From the NCBI RefSeq assembly GCF_009914755.1, contig NC_060933.1: a DNA stretch of 64,000 nt, one strand, 5' to 3'. Position numbers and translations under genes: made by a program. Within the stretch, counting starts at the first letter, position 1. Each line of letters begins with the position of its first letter. This document shows positions 11,225 through 24,460 of this stretch, piece by piece. The notes under the pieces are model-generated. The model worked only from the letters and a program-made list of their open reading frames with translations. It was not told the origin of the DNA and made no database searches. Origin of the DNA: the human T2T-CHM13v2.0 reference genome, Homo sapiens.

Positions 11225-14200
11225 GGAATGGAATGGAACGGAACAGAAAGGAATGGAATGGAATGGAATGGAATGGAATGGAATGGAATGGAATGGAATC
11301 AACGCGAGTGCAGGGGAATGGCATGGATTGGAATGCAATGGAATGGAATCTTCCGGAATGGAATGGAATGGAATGGAATGAAATGCAATGGATTCAACTC
11401 GATTGCAATGGAATGGAATAGAATGGAAAGAAATGGAATGGAATGGGATTAACCCGAATAGAATGGAATGGAATGGAATGGAATGGAATGGAACGGAATG
11501 GAATGGAATGCAATGGAATGGAATGAAATGGAATGGTATGGAATAGAATGGTACGGAATAGAATGGAATGGAACGAATTGTAATGGAATGGAATTGAATG
11601 GAATGGAATGGAATGGAATCAACGCGAGTGCAGGGGAATGTAATGGAACGGAATGCAATGGAATGGAATCATCCGGAATGGAATGGAATAGAATGGAATG
11701 GAATGGAATGCAACAACCCGAATGGAATGGAATGTAATGGAGAGTAAGGGAGTTGAATAGAATCAATTCGAATGTAATGGAATGGAATGCAACGGAATGG
11801 AATGGAATGGAATGGAATGGAATGGAATGGAATGGAATGCAAAGGAATGGAATCAACCCGAGTGGAATGGCATGGAATGGAATGCAATGGATTGGAATGG
11901 AATGGAATCAACTCGAGTGGAAAGGAATGGAATGGAATGGAAAGGAATGGAATGAAGTCAACTCGAGTGGAATGGAATGGAATGGAATGGATTGGAATGG
12001 ATTTCAATGGAATGAAATGGAATGGAATGGAATGGAATCAATCATGGAAGGGAATGTAATGGAGTGGAAAGAAGGGAATGGAATCAACCCGAGTGGAATG
12101 CAAGGCAATGGAATGGAATGGAAAGGAATGGAATGGAATCAACTCGATTGCAATGGAATGGAATGGAATGGAATGGAATGGAATGGAATGGAATGGAATG
12201 GAATGGAATTAACCGGAATAGAATGGAATGGAATGGAATGGAAAGGAATGGAATGGAATGGAAGGGAATGGAATCAACACGAGTGCAGGGGAATGGAATG
12301 GAATGGAATGCAATGGAATGGAATCATCCGGAATGGAATGGAATGGAATGGAATCAACTCCATTGCAATGGAATGGAATGGAATGGAATGGAATAGAATT
12401 TAATGGAATTAACCCGAATAGAATGGAATGCAATAGAATGGAATGCAACGGAACCGAATGGAGTGGAATGGAATGGAATGGAATCTACCCGAGTACAGGG
12501 GAATGGAATGGAATGGAATGCAATGCAATGGAGTCATCCGTAATGGAATGGAAAGGAATGGAATGGAATGGAATGGAATGGAATGGAATGGAATCCACTC
12601 GATGGCAATCGAATGGAATGGAATGGAATTAACCCAAATAGAATGGAATGGAATGGAATGGAACGGAACGGAATGGAATGGAATGTAATGGAATGGAATG
12701 AATGGAATGGAATGGAATCAACGCGAGTGCAGGGGAATGGAATGGAATGGAATGCAATGGAATGGAATCTTCCGGAATGGAATGGAATGGAATGCAATGG
12801 AATGAAAGACAATGGATTCAACTCGATTGCAAAGGAATGGAATAGAATGGAATGGAATGGAATGGAATGGAACGGAATGGAATTGAATGGAATGGAATGC
12901 CTTCAAACCGAATGGAATGGAAAGGAATGGAATCAACACGAGAGGAAAGGAATGGAATGGAAAGGAATGCAATGGAATGGAATGGTACGGAATAGAACGG
13001 AATGGAACGAACTGGAATGGAATGGAATGGAATGGACTGGAATGGAATGGAATGGAATCGTTCCGAGTGGAATAGGAGGGAATGTATTCGAGTGGAATGG
13101 AAAGGAATGGAATCAACCAGAGTGGCATGGAAGGGAATGGAATGGAATGGAAACTAATAGAATGGAATCAACCCGAGTGGAATGGAATGGAAAGGACTGG
13201 AATGGAATGGAATGGAATGGAATGGAATCAACTCGATTGTAATGGAATGGAATGGAATGGAATGGAATGGAATGGAATGGAATGGAATGGAATTAACCCG
13301 AATACAATGGAATGGATTGGAATGGAACAGAATGGAGTGGAATGGAATGGAATCAACCCGAGTGCAGGGGAATGGAATGGAATGGAATGCAATGGAATGG
13401 AATCTTCCGGAATGGAATGCAATTGAATGGAATCAACCCGAGTGCAATGGAATGGAGTGCAATGGAATGGAATGGAATGGAACAAACCGAATGGAATGGA
13501 ATGTAATGGAGAGTAAGGGAGTTGAATAGAATCAATCTGAATGTAATGGAATGGAACGGAATGGAATGGAATGGAATGGAATGGAATGGAATGGAATGGA
13601 ATGGAATGCAATGGAATGGAATCAACCCGGGTGCAATCGAATGGAATCGAATGGAATGGAATGCAATGGAATGGATTCAACTTGAATGGAATGGAAAGAA
13701 TGGAATCAACACGAGTGCAATGGCATGGATTGGAATGGAATGGAATGGAATCAACCCGAGTACAGGGGAATGGAATGGAATGGAATGCAATGGAATGGAA
13801 TAATCCGTAATGGAATGGATAGGAATGGAATGGAATGGAATGGAATGGAATGGAATGGAATCAACTCGATTGCAATCGAACGGAATGGAATGGAATTAAC
13901 CCGAATAGAATGGAATGGAATGGAATGGAACGGAACGGAACGGAATGGAATGGAATGGAATGGAATGGAACGGAAAGGATTGGAATGGAATGGAATGGAA
14001 TGGAATGGAACGGAATGGAATCAACGCGCGGGCAGGGGAATGGAATGGAATCGAATGCAATGGAATGGAATGGAATGGATTGGAATCAACCCGAGTGCAG
14101 GGGAATGTAATGGAACGGAATGCAAGGGAATGGAATCATCCGGAATGGAATGGAATGGAATGGAATGGAATGGAATCAACCCGAGTGCAATGGAATGGAG

Positions 14201-17200
14201 TGGAATGGAATGGAATGGAATGGAATGAACCCGAATACAATGGAATGGAATGGAATGGAACGGAATGGAGTGGAATGGAATGGAATCAACCCGAGTGCAG
14301 GGGAATGGAATGGAATGGAATGCAATGGAATGGAATCTTCCGGAATGGAATGCAATTGAATGGAATCAACCCGAGTGCAATGGAATGGAGTGGAATGGAA
14401 TGGAATGGAATCGAACAAACCGAATGGAATGGAATGTAATGGAGAGTAAGGGAGTTGAATAGAAACAATCTGAATGTAATGGAATGGAACGGAATGGAAT
14501 GGAATGGAATGGAATGGAATGGAATGGAATGGAATGGAATGCAATGGAATGGAATCAACCCGAGTGCAATCGAATGGAATCGAATGGAATGGAATGCAAT
14601 GGAATGGATTCAACTTGAATGGAATGGAAAGAATGGAATCAACACGAGTGCAATGGCATGGATTGGAATGGAATGGAATGGAATCAACCCGAGTACAGGG
14701 GAATGGAATGGAATGGAATGCAATGGAATGGAATAATCCGTAATGGAATGGATAGGAATGGAATGGAATGGAATGGAATGGAATGGAATGGAATCAACTC
14801 GATTGCAATCGAATGGAATGGAATGGAATTAACCCGAATAGAATGGAATGGAATGGAATGGAACGGAACGGAACGGAATGGAATGGAATGGAATGGAATG
14901 GAACGGAAAGGATTGGAATGGAATGGAATGGAATGGAATGGAACGGAATGGAATCAACGCGAGGGCAGGGGAATGGAATGGAATCGAATGCAATGGAATG
15001 GAATGGAATGGATTGGAATCAACCCGAGTGCAGGGGAATGTAATGGAACGGAATGCAAGGGAATGGAATCATCCGGAATGGAATGGAATGGAATGGAATG
15101 GAATCAACCCGAGTGCAATGGAATGGAGTGGAATGGAATGGAATGGAATGGAATCAACCCGAGTGCAATGGAATGGAGTGGAATGGAATGGAATGGAATG
15201 GAACAACCCGCATGGAATGGAATGTAATGGAGAGTAAGGGAGTTGAAAAGAATCAATCCGCATGGAATGGAATGGAATGGAACGGAATGGAATGGAATGG
15301 AATGGAATGGAATGGAATGGAATGGAATCAACCCGAGTACAATGGAATGGAATGGAATGGAATGGAATGGAAAGGAATGGAATCAACCCGAGTGCAATGG
15401 AATGGAGCGGAATGGAATGGAATGGAATGGAAACTACCCGAATGGAATGGAATGTAATGGAGTGTAAGGAAATTGAATAGAATCAATCCGAATGTAATGG
15501 AATGGAATGGAACGGAATGGAATTGAATGGAATGGAATGGAATGCAATGGAATGGAATCAACCCGAGTTCAATGGAATGGAGAGGAATGGCATGGAATGG
15601 AATGGAAACTACCCGAATGGAATGGAATGTAATGGAGTGTAAGGGAATTGAATAGAATCAATCCGAATGTAATGGAATGGAATGGAACGGAACGGAATGT
15701 AATGGAATGGAATGGAATGGAATGGAATGGAACGGAATGGAATGGAATGGAATGGAATGGATTGGAATGGAATGGAATGCAATGGAATGGAATCAACCCG
15801 AGTGCAATCGAATGGAATCGAATGGAAAAGAATGCAATGGAATGGATTCAACTTGAATGGAATGGAAAGAATGGAATCAACACGAGTGGAATGGCATGGA
15901 TTGGAATGGAATGGAATGGAATCAACCCGAGTACAGGGGAATGGAATGGAATTGAATGCAATGGAATGGAATCATCCGTAATGGAATGGAAAGGAATGGA
16001 ATGGAATGGAATGGAATGGAATGGAATGGAATGGAATGTAATGGAATCAACTCGATTGCAATCGAATGGAATGGAATGGAATTAACCCGAATAGAATGGA
16101 ATGGAATGAAATGGAATGGAACGGAAAGGAAGGGAATGGAATGGAATAGAATGGAATGGAATGGAATCAACGCGAGTGCAGGGGAATGGAATGGATTGGA
16201 ATGCAATGGAATGGAATCTTCCGGAATGGAATGGAATGGAATGGAATGGAATGGAATGGAATCAACCCGAGTGCAATGGAATGGAGTGGAATGGAATGGA
16301 ATGGAATGGAACAACCCGAATGGAATGGAATGTAATGGAGAGTAACGGAGTTGAATAGAATCAATCCGAATGTAATGGAATGGAATGGAACGGAATGGAA
16401 TTGAATGGAATGGAATGGAATGCAATGGAATGGAATCAACCCGAGTGCAATGGAATGGACAGGAATGGAATGGAATGGAATGGAAACTACCCGAATGGAA
16501 TGGAATATAATGGAGTGTAAGGGAATTGAATAGAATCAATCCGAATGGAATGGAATGGAATGGAATGGAATGGAATGGAATGGAATAGAATGGAATGGAA
16601 TGCAATGGAATGGAATCAACCCGAGTGCAATCGAATGGAATCGAATGGAATGGAATGCAATGGAATGGATTCAACTTGAATGGAATGGAAAGAATGGAAT
16701 CAACACGAGTGGAATGGCATGGATTGGAATAGAATGGAATGGAATCAACCCGAGTACAGGGGAATGGAATGGAATGGAATGCAATGGAATGGAATCATCC
16801 GTAATGGAATGGAAAGGAATGGAGTAGAATGGAATGGAATGGAATGGAATCAACTCGATTGCAATCGAATGGAATGGAATGGAATTAACCCGAATAGAAT
16901 GGAATGGAATGGAATGGAACGGAACGGAATGGAATGGAATGGAATGGAATGGAATGCAACGGAACGGAACGGAATGGAATGGAATGGAATGGAATGGAAT
17001 GGAATGGAATGAAATCAACGCGAGTGCAGGGGAATGGAATGGAATGGAATGCAATGGAATGGAATCTTCCGGAATGGAATGGAATGGAATGGAATGGAAT
17101 GGAATGGAATGGAATCAACCCGAGTGCAATGGAATGGAGTGGAATGGAATGTAATGGAATGGAACAACCCGAATGGAATGGAATGTAATGGAGAGTAAGG

Positions 17201-20200
17201 GAGTTGAATAGAATCAATCCGAATGGAATGGAATGGAATGGAACGGAATGGAATTGAATGGAATGGAATGGAATGCAATGGAATGGAATCAACCCGAGTG
17301 CAATAGAATGGAGAGGAATGGAATGGAATGGAATGGAAACTACCCGAATGGAATGGAATGTAATGGAGTGTAAGGGAATTGAATAGAATCAATCCGAATG
17401 TAATGGAATCGAATGGAACGGAATGGAATGGAATAGAATGGAATGGAATGGAATGCAATGGAATGGAATCAACCCGAGTGCAATCGAATGGAATCGAATG
17501 GAATGGAATACAATGGAATGGATTCAACTTGAATGGAATGGAAAGAATGGAATCAACACGAGTGGAATGTCATGGATTGGAATGGAATGGAATGGAATCA
17601 ACCCGAGTACAGGGGAATGGAATGGAATGGAATGCAATGGAATGGAATCATCCGTAATGGAATGGAAAGGAATGGAATGGAATGGAATGGAATGGAATGG
17701 AATGGAATCAACTCGATTGCAATCGAATGGAATGGAATGGAATTAACCCGAATAGAATGGAATGGAATGGAATGGAACGGAACGGAATGGAAAGGAATGG
17801 AATGGAATGGAATGGAACGGAACGGAATGGAATTGAATGGAATGGAATGGAATGGAATGGAATCAACGCGAGTGCAGGGGAATGGAATGGAATGGAATGC
17901 AATGGAATGGAATCTTCCGGAATGGAATGGAATGGAATGGAATGGAAGGGAATGGAATGGAATCAACTCGATTGCAATCGAATGGAATGGAATGGAATTA
18001 ACCCGAATAGAATGGAATGGAATGGAATGGAACGGAACGTAATGGAATGGAATGGAATGGAATGGAATGGAATCAACGCGAGTGCAGGGGAATGGAATGG
18101 AATTTAATGCAATGGAATGGAATCTTCCGGAATGGAATGGAATGGAATGGAATGGAATGGAATGAAATGCAATGGGTTCAACTCGATTGCAATGGAATGG
18201 AACAGAATGGAATGGAATGGAATGGAATGGAATTAATTCGAATAGAATGGAATGGAATGGAATGGAACGGAATGGAACGGAATGGAATGGAATGGAATGG
18301 AATGGTATGGAATGGAATGGAATGGTACGGAATAGAATGGAATGGAACGAATTGTAATGGAATGGAATTGAATGGAATGGAATGGAATGGAATGGAATCA
18401 ACGCGAGTGCAGGGGAATGTAATGGAACGGAATGCAATGGAATGGAATCATCCGCAATGGAATGGAATGGAATGGAATGGAACGGAATGGAATCAACCCG
18501 AGTGCAATGGAATGGAGTGGAATGGAATGGAATGGAATGGAACAACACGAATGGAATGGAATGTAGTGGAGAGTAAGGGAGTTGAATAGAATCAATCCGA
18601 ATGTAATGGAATGGAATGCAACGGAATGGAATGGAATGGAATGGAATGGAATGCAATGGAATTGAATCAACACGAGTACAATGGAATGGAATGGAATGGA
18701 ATGGAATGGAATGGAAGGGAATGGAATGGAATGGAATGATACGGAATAGAATGGAATGGAACGAAATGGAATGGAATGGAATGGAATGGAATGGAATGGA
18801 ATGGAATGGAATCTTTCCGAGTGGAATAGGAGGGAATGTATTCGAGTGGAATGGAAAGGAATGGAATCAACCAGAGTGGAATGGAAGGGAATGGAATGGA
18901 ATGGAAACTAATAAAATGGAATCAACCCGAGAGGAATGGAATGGAAAGGACTGGAATGGAATGGAATGGAATGGAATGGAATCAACTCGATTGTAATGGA
19001 ATGGAATGGAATGGAATGGAATGGAATTAACCCGAATACAATGCAATGGAATGGAATGGAACGGAATGGAGTGGAATGGAATGGAATCAACCCGAGTGCA
19101 GGGGAATGGAATGGAATGGAATGCAATGGAATGGAATCATCCGGAATGGAATGGAATGGAATGGAATGCAAAGCAATGGAATCAACTCGATTGCAATGGA
19201 ATGGAATGGAATGGAAAGGAATACAATGGAATCAACCCGAGTGGAATGGAATGGAAAGGACTGGAATGGAGTGGAATGGAATGGAATGGAATGGAATGGA
19301 ATGGAATGGAATCAACTCGATTGGAATGGAATGGAATGGAATGGAATGGAATGGAATGGAATTAACCCGAATAGAATGGATTGGAATGGAATGGAACGGA
19401 ACGGAACAGAATGGAATGGAATGGAATGGAATGGAATGGAATGGAATGGAAACAACCCGACTGCAGGGGAATGGAATGGAATGGAATGCAATGGAATGGA
19501 TTCAACTTGAATGGAATGGAAATAATGGAATCAACACGAGTGGAATGGCATGGATTGGAATGGAATGGAATGGAATCAACCCGAGTACAGGGGAATGGAA
19601 TGGAATGGAATGCAATGGAATGGAATCATCCGTAATGGAATGGAAAGGAATGGAATGGAATGGAATGGAATGGAATGGCATGGAATGGAATCAACTCAAT
19701 TGCAATCGAATGGAATGGAATGGAATTAACCCGAATAGAATGGAATGGAATGGAATGGAACGGAACGGAACGGAACGGAATGAAATGGATTTGAATGGAA
19801 TGGAATGGAATGGAATGGAACGGAAAGGAATGGAATGGAATTGAATGGAATGGAATGGAATGGAATGGAATGGAATCAACGCGAGTGCAGGGGAATGGAA
19901 TGCAATGGAATGGAATCTTCCGGAATGGAATGGAATGGAATGGAATGGAATGGAATGGAATGGAATCAACCCGAATGCAATGGAATGGAGTGGAACGGAA
20001 TGGAATGGAATGGAATGGATTGGAAAGGAATGGAACGGAACGGAATGGAATGGAATGGAATGGAATGGAATGGAATCAACGCGAGTGCAGGGGAATGGAA
20101 TGGAATGGAATGCAATGGAATGGAATCTTCCGGAATGGAATGGAATGGAATGGAATGGAATGAAATGCAATGGATTCAACTCGATTGCAATGGAATGGAA

Positions 20201-23200
20201 TAGAATGGAATGGAATGGAATGGAATGGAATTAATCAGAATAGAATGGAATGGAATGGAATGGAACAGAATGGAACGGAATGGAATGGAATGGAATGGAA
20301 TGGAATGGAATGGAATGGTATGGAATGGAATGGAATGGAACGGAATAGAATGGAATGGAACGAATTGTAATGGAATGGAATGGAATGGAATGGAATGGAA
20401 TGGAATGGAATCAACGCGAGTGCAGGGGAATGTAATGGAAAGGAATGCAATGGAATGGAATCATCCGGAATGGAATGGAATGGAATGGAATGGAATGGAA
20501 TCAACCCGAGTGCAATGGAATGGAGTGGAATGGAATGGAATGGAATGGAACCACCCGAATGGAATGGAATGTAATGGAAAGTAAGGGAGTTGAATAGAAT
20601 CAATCCGAATGTAATGGAATGGAATGCAACGGAATGGAATGGAATGGAATGGAATGGAATGCAATGGAATTGAATAAACCCGAGTACAATGGAATGGAAT
20701 GGAATGGAATGGAATGGAATGGAATGGAATGGAATGGAATGGAATGATACGGAATAGAATGGAGTGGAACGAAATGGAATGGAATGGAATGGAATGGAAT
20801 CGTTCCGAGTGGAATAGGAGGGAATGTATTCGAGTGGAATGGAAAGGAATGGTATCAACCAGAGTGGAATGGAAGAGAATGGAATGGAATGGAAACTAAT
20901 AGAATGGAATCAACCCGAGTGGAATGGAATGGAAAGGACTGGAATGGAATGGAATGGAATGGAATCAACTCGATTGTAATGGAATGGAATGGAATGGAAT
21001 GGAATGGAATGCAATGGAAATAACCCGAATAAAATGGAATGGAATGGAATGGAACGGAATGGAGTGGAATGGAATGGAATCAACCCGAGTGCAGGGGAAT
21101 GGAATGGAATGGAATGCAATGGAATGGAATCATCCGGAATGGAATGGAATGGAATGGAATGCAAAGCAATGGAATCAACTCGATTGCAATGGAATGGAAT
21201 GGAATGGAAAGGAGTACATTGGAATCAACCCGAGTGGAATGGAATGGAAAGGACTGGAATGGAGTGGAATGGAATGGAATGGAATGGAATGGAATCAACT
21301 CGACTGGAATGGAATGGAATGGAATGGAATGGAATTAACCCGAATAGAATGGAATGGAATGGAATGGAACGGAACGGCATGGAATGGAATGGAATGGAAT
21401 GGAATCAAACCGACTGCAGGGGAATGGAATGGAGTGGAAGGCAATGGAATGGATTCAACTTGAATGGAATGGAAAGAATGGAATCAACACGAGTGGAATG
21501 GCATGGATTGGAATGGAATGGAATGGAATCAACCCGAGTACAGGGGAAAGGAATGGAATGGAATGCAATGGAATGGAATCATCCGTAATGGAATGGAAAG
21601 GAATGGAATGGAATGGAATGGAATGGAATGGAATGGAATCAACTCGTTTGCAATCGAATGGAATGCAATGGAATTAACCCGAATAGAATGGAATGGAATG
21701 GAATGGAACGGAACGGAACGGAATGGAACGTAACGGAGTGGAATGGAATAGAATGGAATTGTATGGAATGGAATGGCATGGTACGGAATAGAATGGAATG
21801 GAAAGAATTGGAATGGAATGGAATGGAATGGAATGGAATGGAATGGAATGGAATCGTTCCGAGTGGAATACGAGGGAATGTATTCGAGTGGAATGGAAAG
21901 GAATGGAATCAACCAGAGAGGAATGGAAGGGAATGGAATGGAATGGAAACTAATAGAATGGAATCAACCCGAGTGGAATGGAATGGAAAGGACTGGAATG
22001 GAATGGAATGGAATGGAATCAACTCGATTGTAGTGGAATGGAATGGAATGGAATGAAATTAACCCGAATACAATGGAATGGAATGGAATGGAACGGAATG
22101 GAATGGAATGGAATGGAATGGAATGGAATCAACCCGACTGCAGGGGAATGGAATGGAATGGAATGCAATGGAATGGATTCAACATGAATGGAATTGAAAG
22201 AATGGAATCAACACGAGTGGAATGGCATGGATTGGAATGGAATGGAATGGAATCAACCCGAGTACAGGGGAATGGAATGGAATGGAATGCAATGGAATGG
22301 AATCATCCGTAATGGAATGGAAAGGAATGGAATGGAATGGAATGGAATGGAATGGAATGGAATCAACTCGATTGCAATCGAATGGAATGGAATGGAATTA
22401 ACCCGAATAGAATGGAATGGAATGGAATGGAACGGAACGGAACGGAATGAAATGGATTTGAATGGAATGGAATGGAATGGAATGGAACGGAAAGGAATGG
22501 AATGGAATGGAATGGAATGGAATGGAATGGAATCAACGCGAGTGCAGGGGAATGGAATGGAATGGAATGCAATGGAATGGAATCTTCCGGAATGGAATGG
22601 AATGGAATGGAATGGAATGGAATGGAATGGAATAAACCCGAGTGCAATGGAATGGAGTGGAATGGAATGGAATGGAATGGAACAACCCGAATGGAATGGA
22701 ATGTAATGGAGAGTAAGGGAGTTGAATAGAATCAATCCGAATGTAATGGAATGGAATGGAACGGAATGGAATTGAATGGAATGGAATGGAATGCAATGGA
22801 ATGGAATCAACCCGAGTGCAATGGAATGGAGAGGAATGGAATGGAATGGAATGGAAACTACCCGAATGGAATGGAATGTAATGGAGCGTAAGGGAATTGA
22901 ATAGAATCAATCCGAATGGAATGGAATGGAATGGAACGGAATGTAATGGAATGGAATGGAATGGAATCAACCCGAGTGCAGACGAATGGAATGGCATGGA
23001 ATGCAATGGAATGGAATCATCCGGAATGGAATGGAATGGAATGCAATGGAGTGGAATGGAATGGAATCAACCCGAGTGCAATGGAATGGAGTGAAATGGA
23101 ATGGAATGGAATGGAAACAACCAGAATGGATTGGAATATAATGGAGTGTAAGGGAATTGAATAGAATCAATCTGAATGTAATGAAATGGAATGGAACGGA

Positions 23201-24460
23201 ATGGAATGGAATGGAATGGATTGGAATGGAATGCAATGGAATGGAATCAACCCGAGTGCAATCGAATGGAATCGAATGGAATGGAATGCAATGGAATGGA
23301 TTCAACTTGAATGGAAAGGAAAGAATGGAATCAACACGAGTGGAATGGCATGGATTGGAATGGAATGGAATGGAATCAACCCGAGTACAGGGGAATGCAA
23401 TGGAATGGAATGCAATAGAATGGAATCATCAGTAATGGAATGGAAAGGAATGGAATGGAATGGAATGCAATGGAATGGAATGGAATGGAATGGAATGGAA
23501 TCAACTCGATTGCAATCGAATGGAATGGAATGGAATGGAATCAAATCGATTGCAATCTAATGGAATGGAATGGAATTAACCCGAATAGAATGGAATGGAA
23601 TGGAATGGAACGGAACGGAATGGAATGGAATGGAATGGAATGGAACGGAAAGGAATGGAAAGGAATGGAATGGAATGGAATGGAATCAACGCGAGTGCAG
23701 GGGAATGGAATGGAATCGAATGGAATGGAAAGGAATGGAATGGAATCAACCCGAGTGCAGGGGAATGTAATGGAACGGAATGCAATGGAATGGAATCATC
23801 CGGAAGGGAATGGAATGGAATCAACCCGAGTGCAATGGAATGGAGTGGAATGGAATGGAATGGAATGGAACAACCCGAATGGAATGGAATGTAATGGAGA
23901 GTAAGGGAGTTGAAAAGAATCAATCCGAATGTAATGGAATGGAATGGAACGGAATGGAATGGAATGGAATGGAATGCAATGGAATGGAATCAACCCGAGT
24001 ACAATGGAATGGAATGGAATGGAATGGAATGGAATGGAATGGAATGGAATGGAATGCAATGGAATGGAATTTTCCGGAATGGAATGGAATGGAATGGAAT
24101 GGAATGGAATGGAATGGAATGCAATGGATTCAACTCGATTGCAATGGAATGGAATAGAATGGAATGGAATGGAATGGAATGGAATTAAACCGAATAGAAT
24201 GGAATGGAATGGAATGGAACGGAACAGAACGGAACGGAACGGAACGGAGTGGAATGGAATGGAATGGAATTATATGGAATGGAATGGAATGGTACGGAAT
24301 AGAATGGAATGGAAAGAATTGGAATGGAATGGAATCGAATGGAATGGAATGGAATGGAATGGAATGAACCCGAGTGCAGGGGAATGTAATTGAACGGAAT
24401 GCAATGGAATGGAATCATCCGGAATGGAATGGAATGGAATGGAATGGAATGGAATGGAAT
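11225..24460 (+). repeat. Complete 13,236-bp tandem unit (last copy before more diverged satellite)
   Basis: 13252-24460 matches 1-11224 apart from ~4 differences noticed. 11225-13251 is the part of the unit not represented upstream in this window. The unit edges are uncertain by a few pentamers because both lie in pure GGAAT runs. Confidence 0.88.
13294..15154 (+). repeat. 933/928-bp tandem duplication, carried inside the 13.24-kb unit
   Basis: ORF pairs 13353/14286 and 13522/14455 (offset 933); same private variants as 43-1908. Confidence 0.9.
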
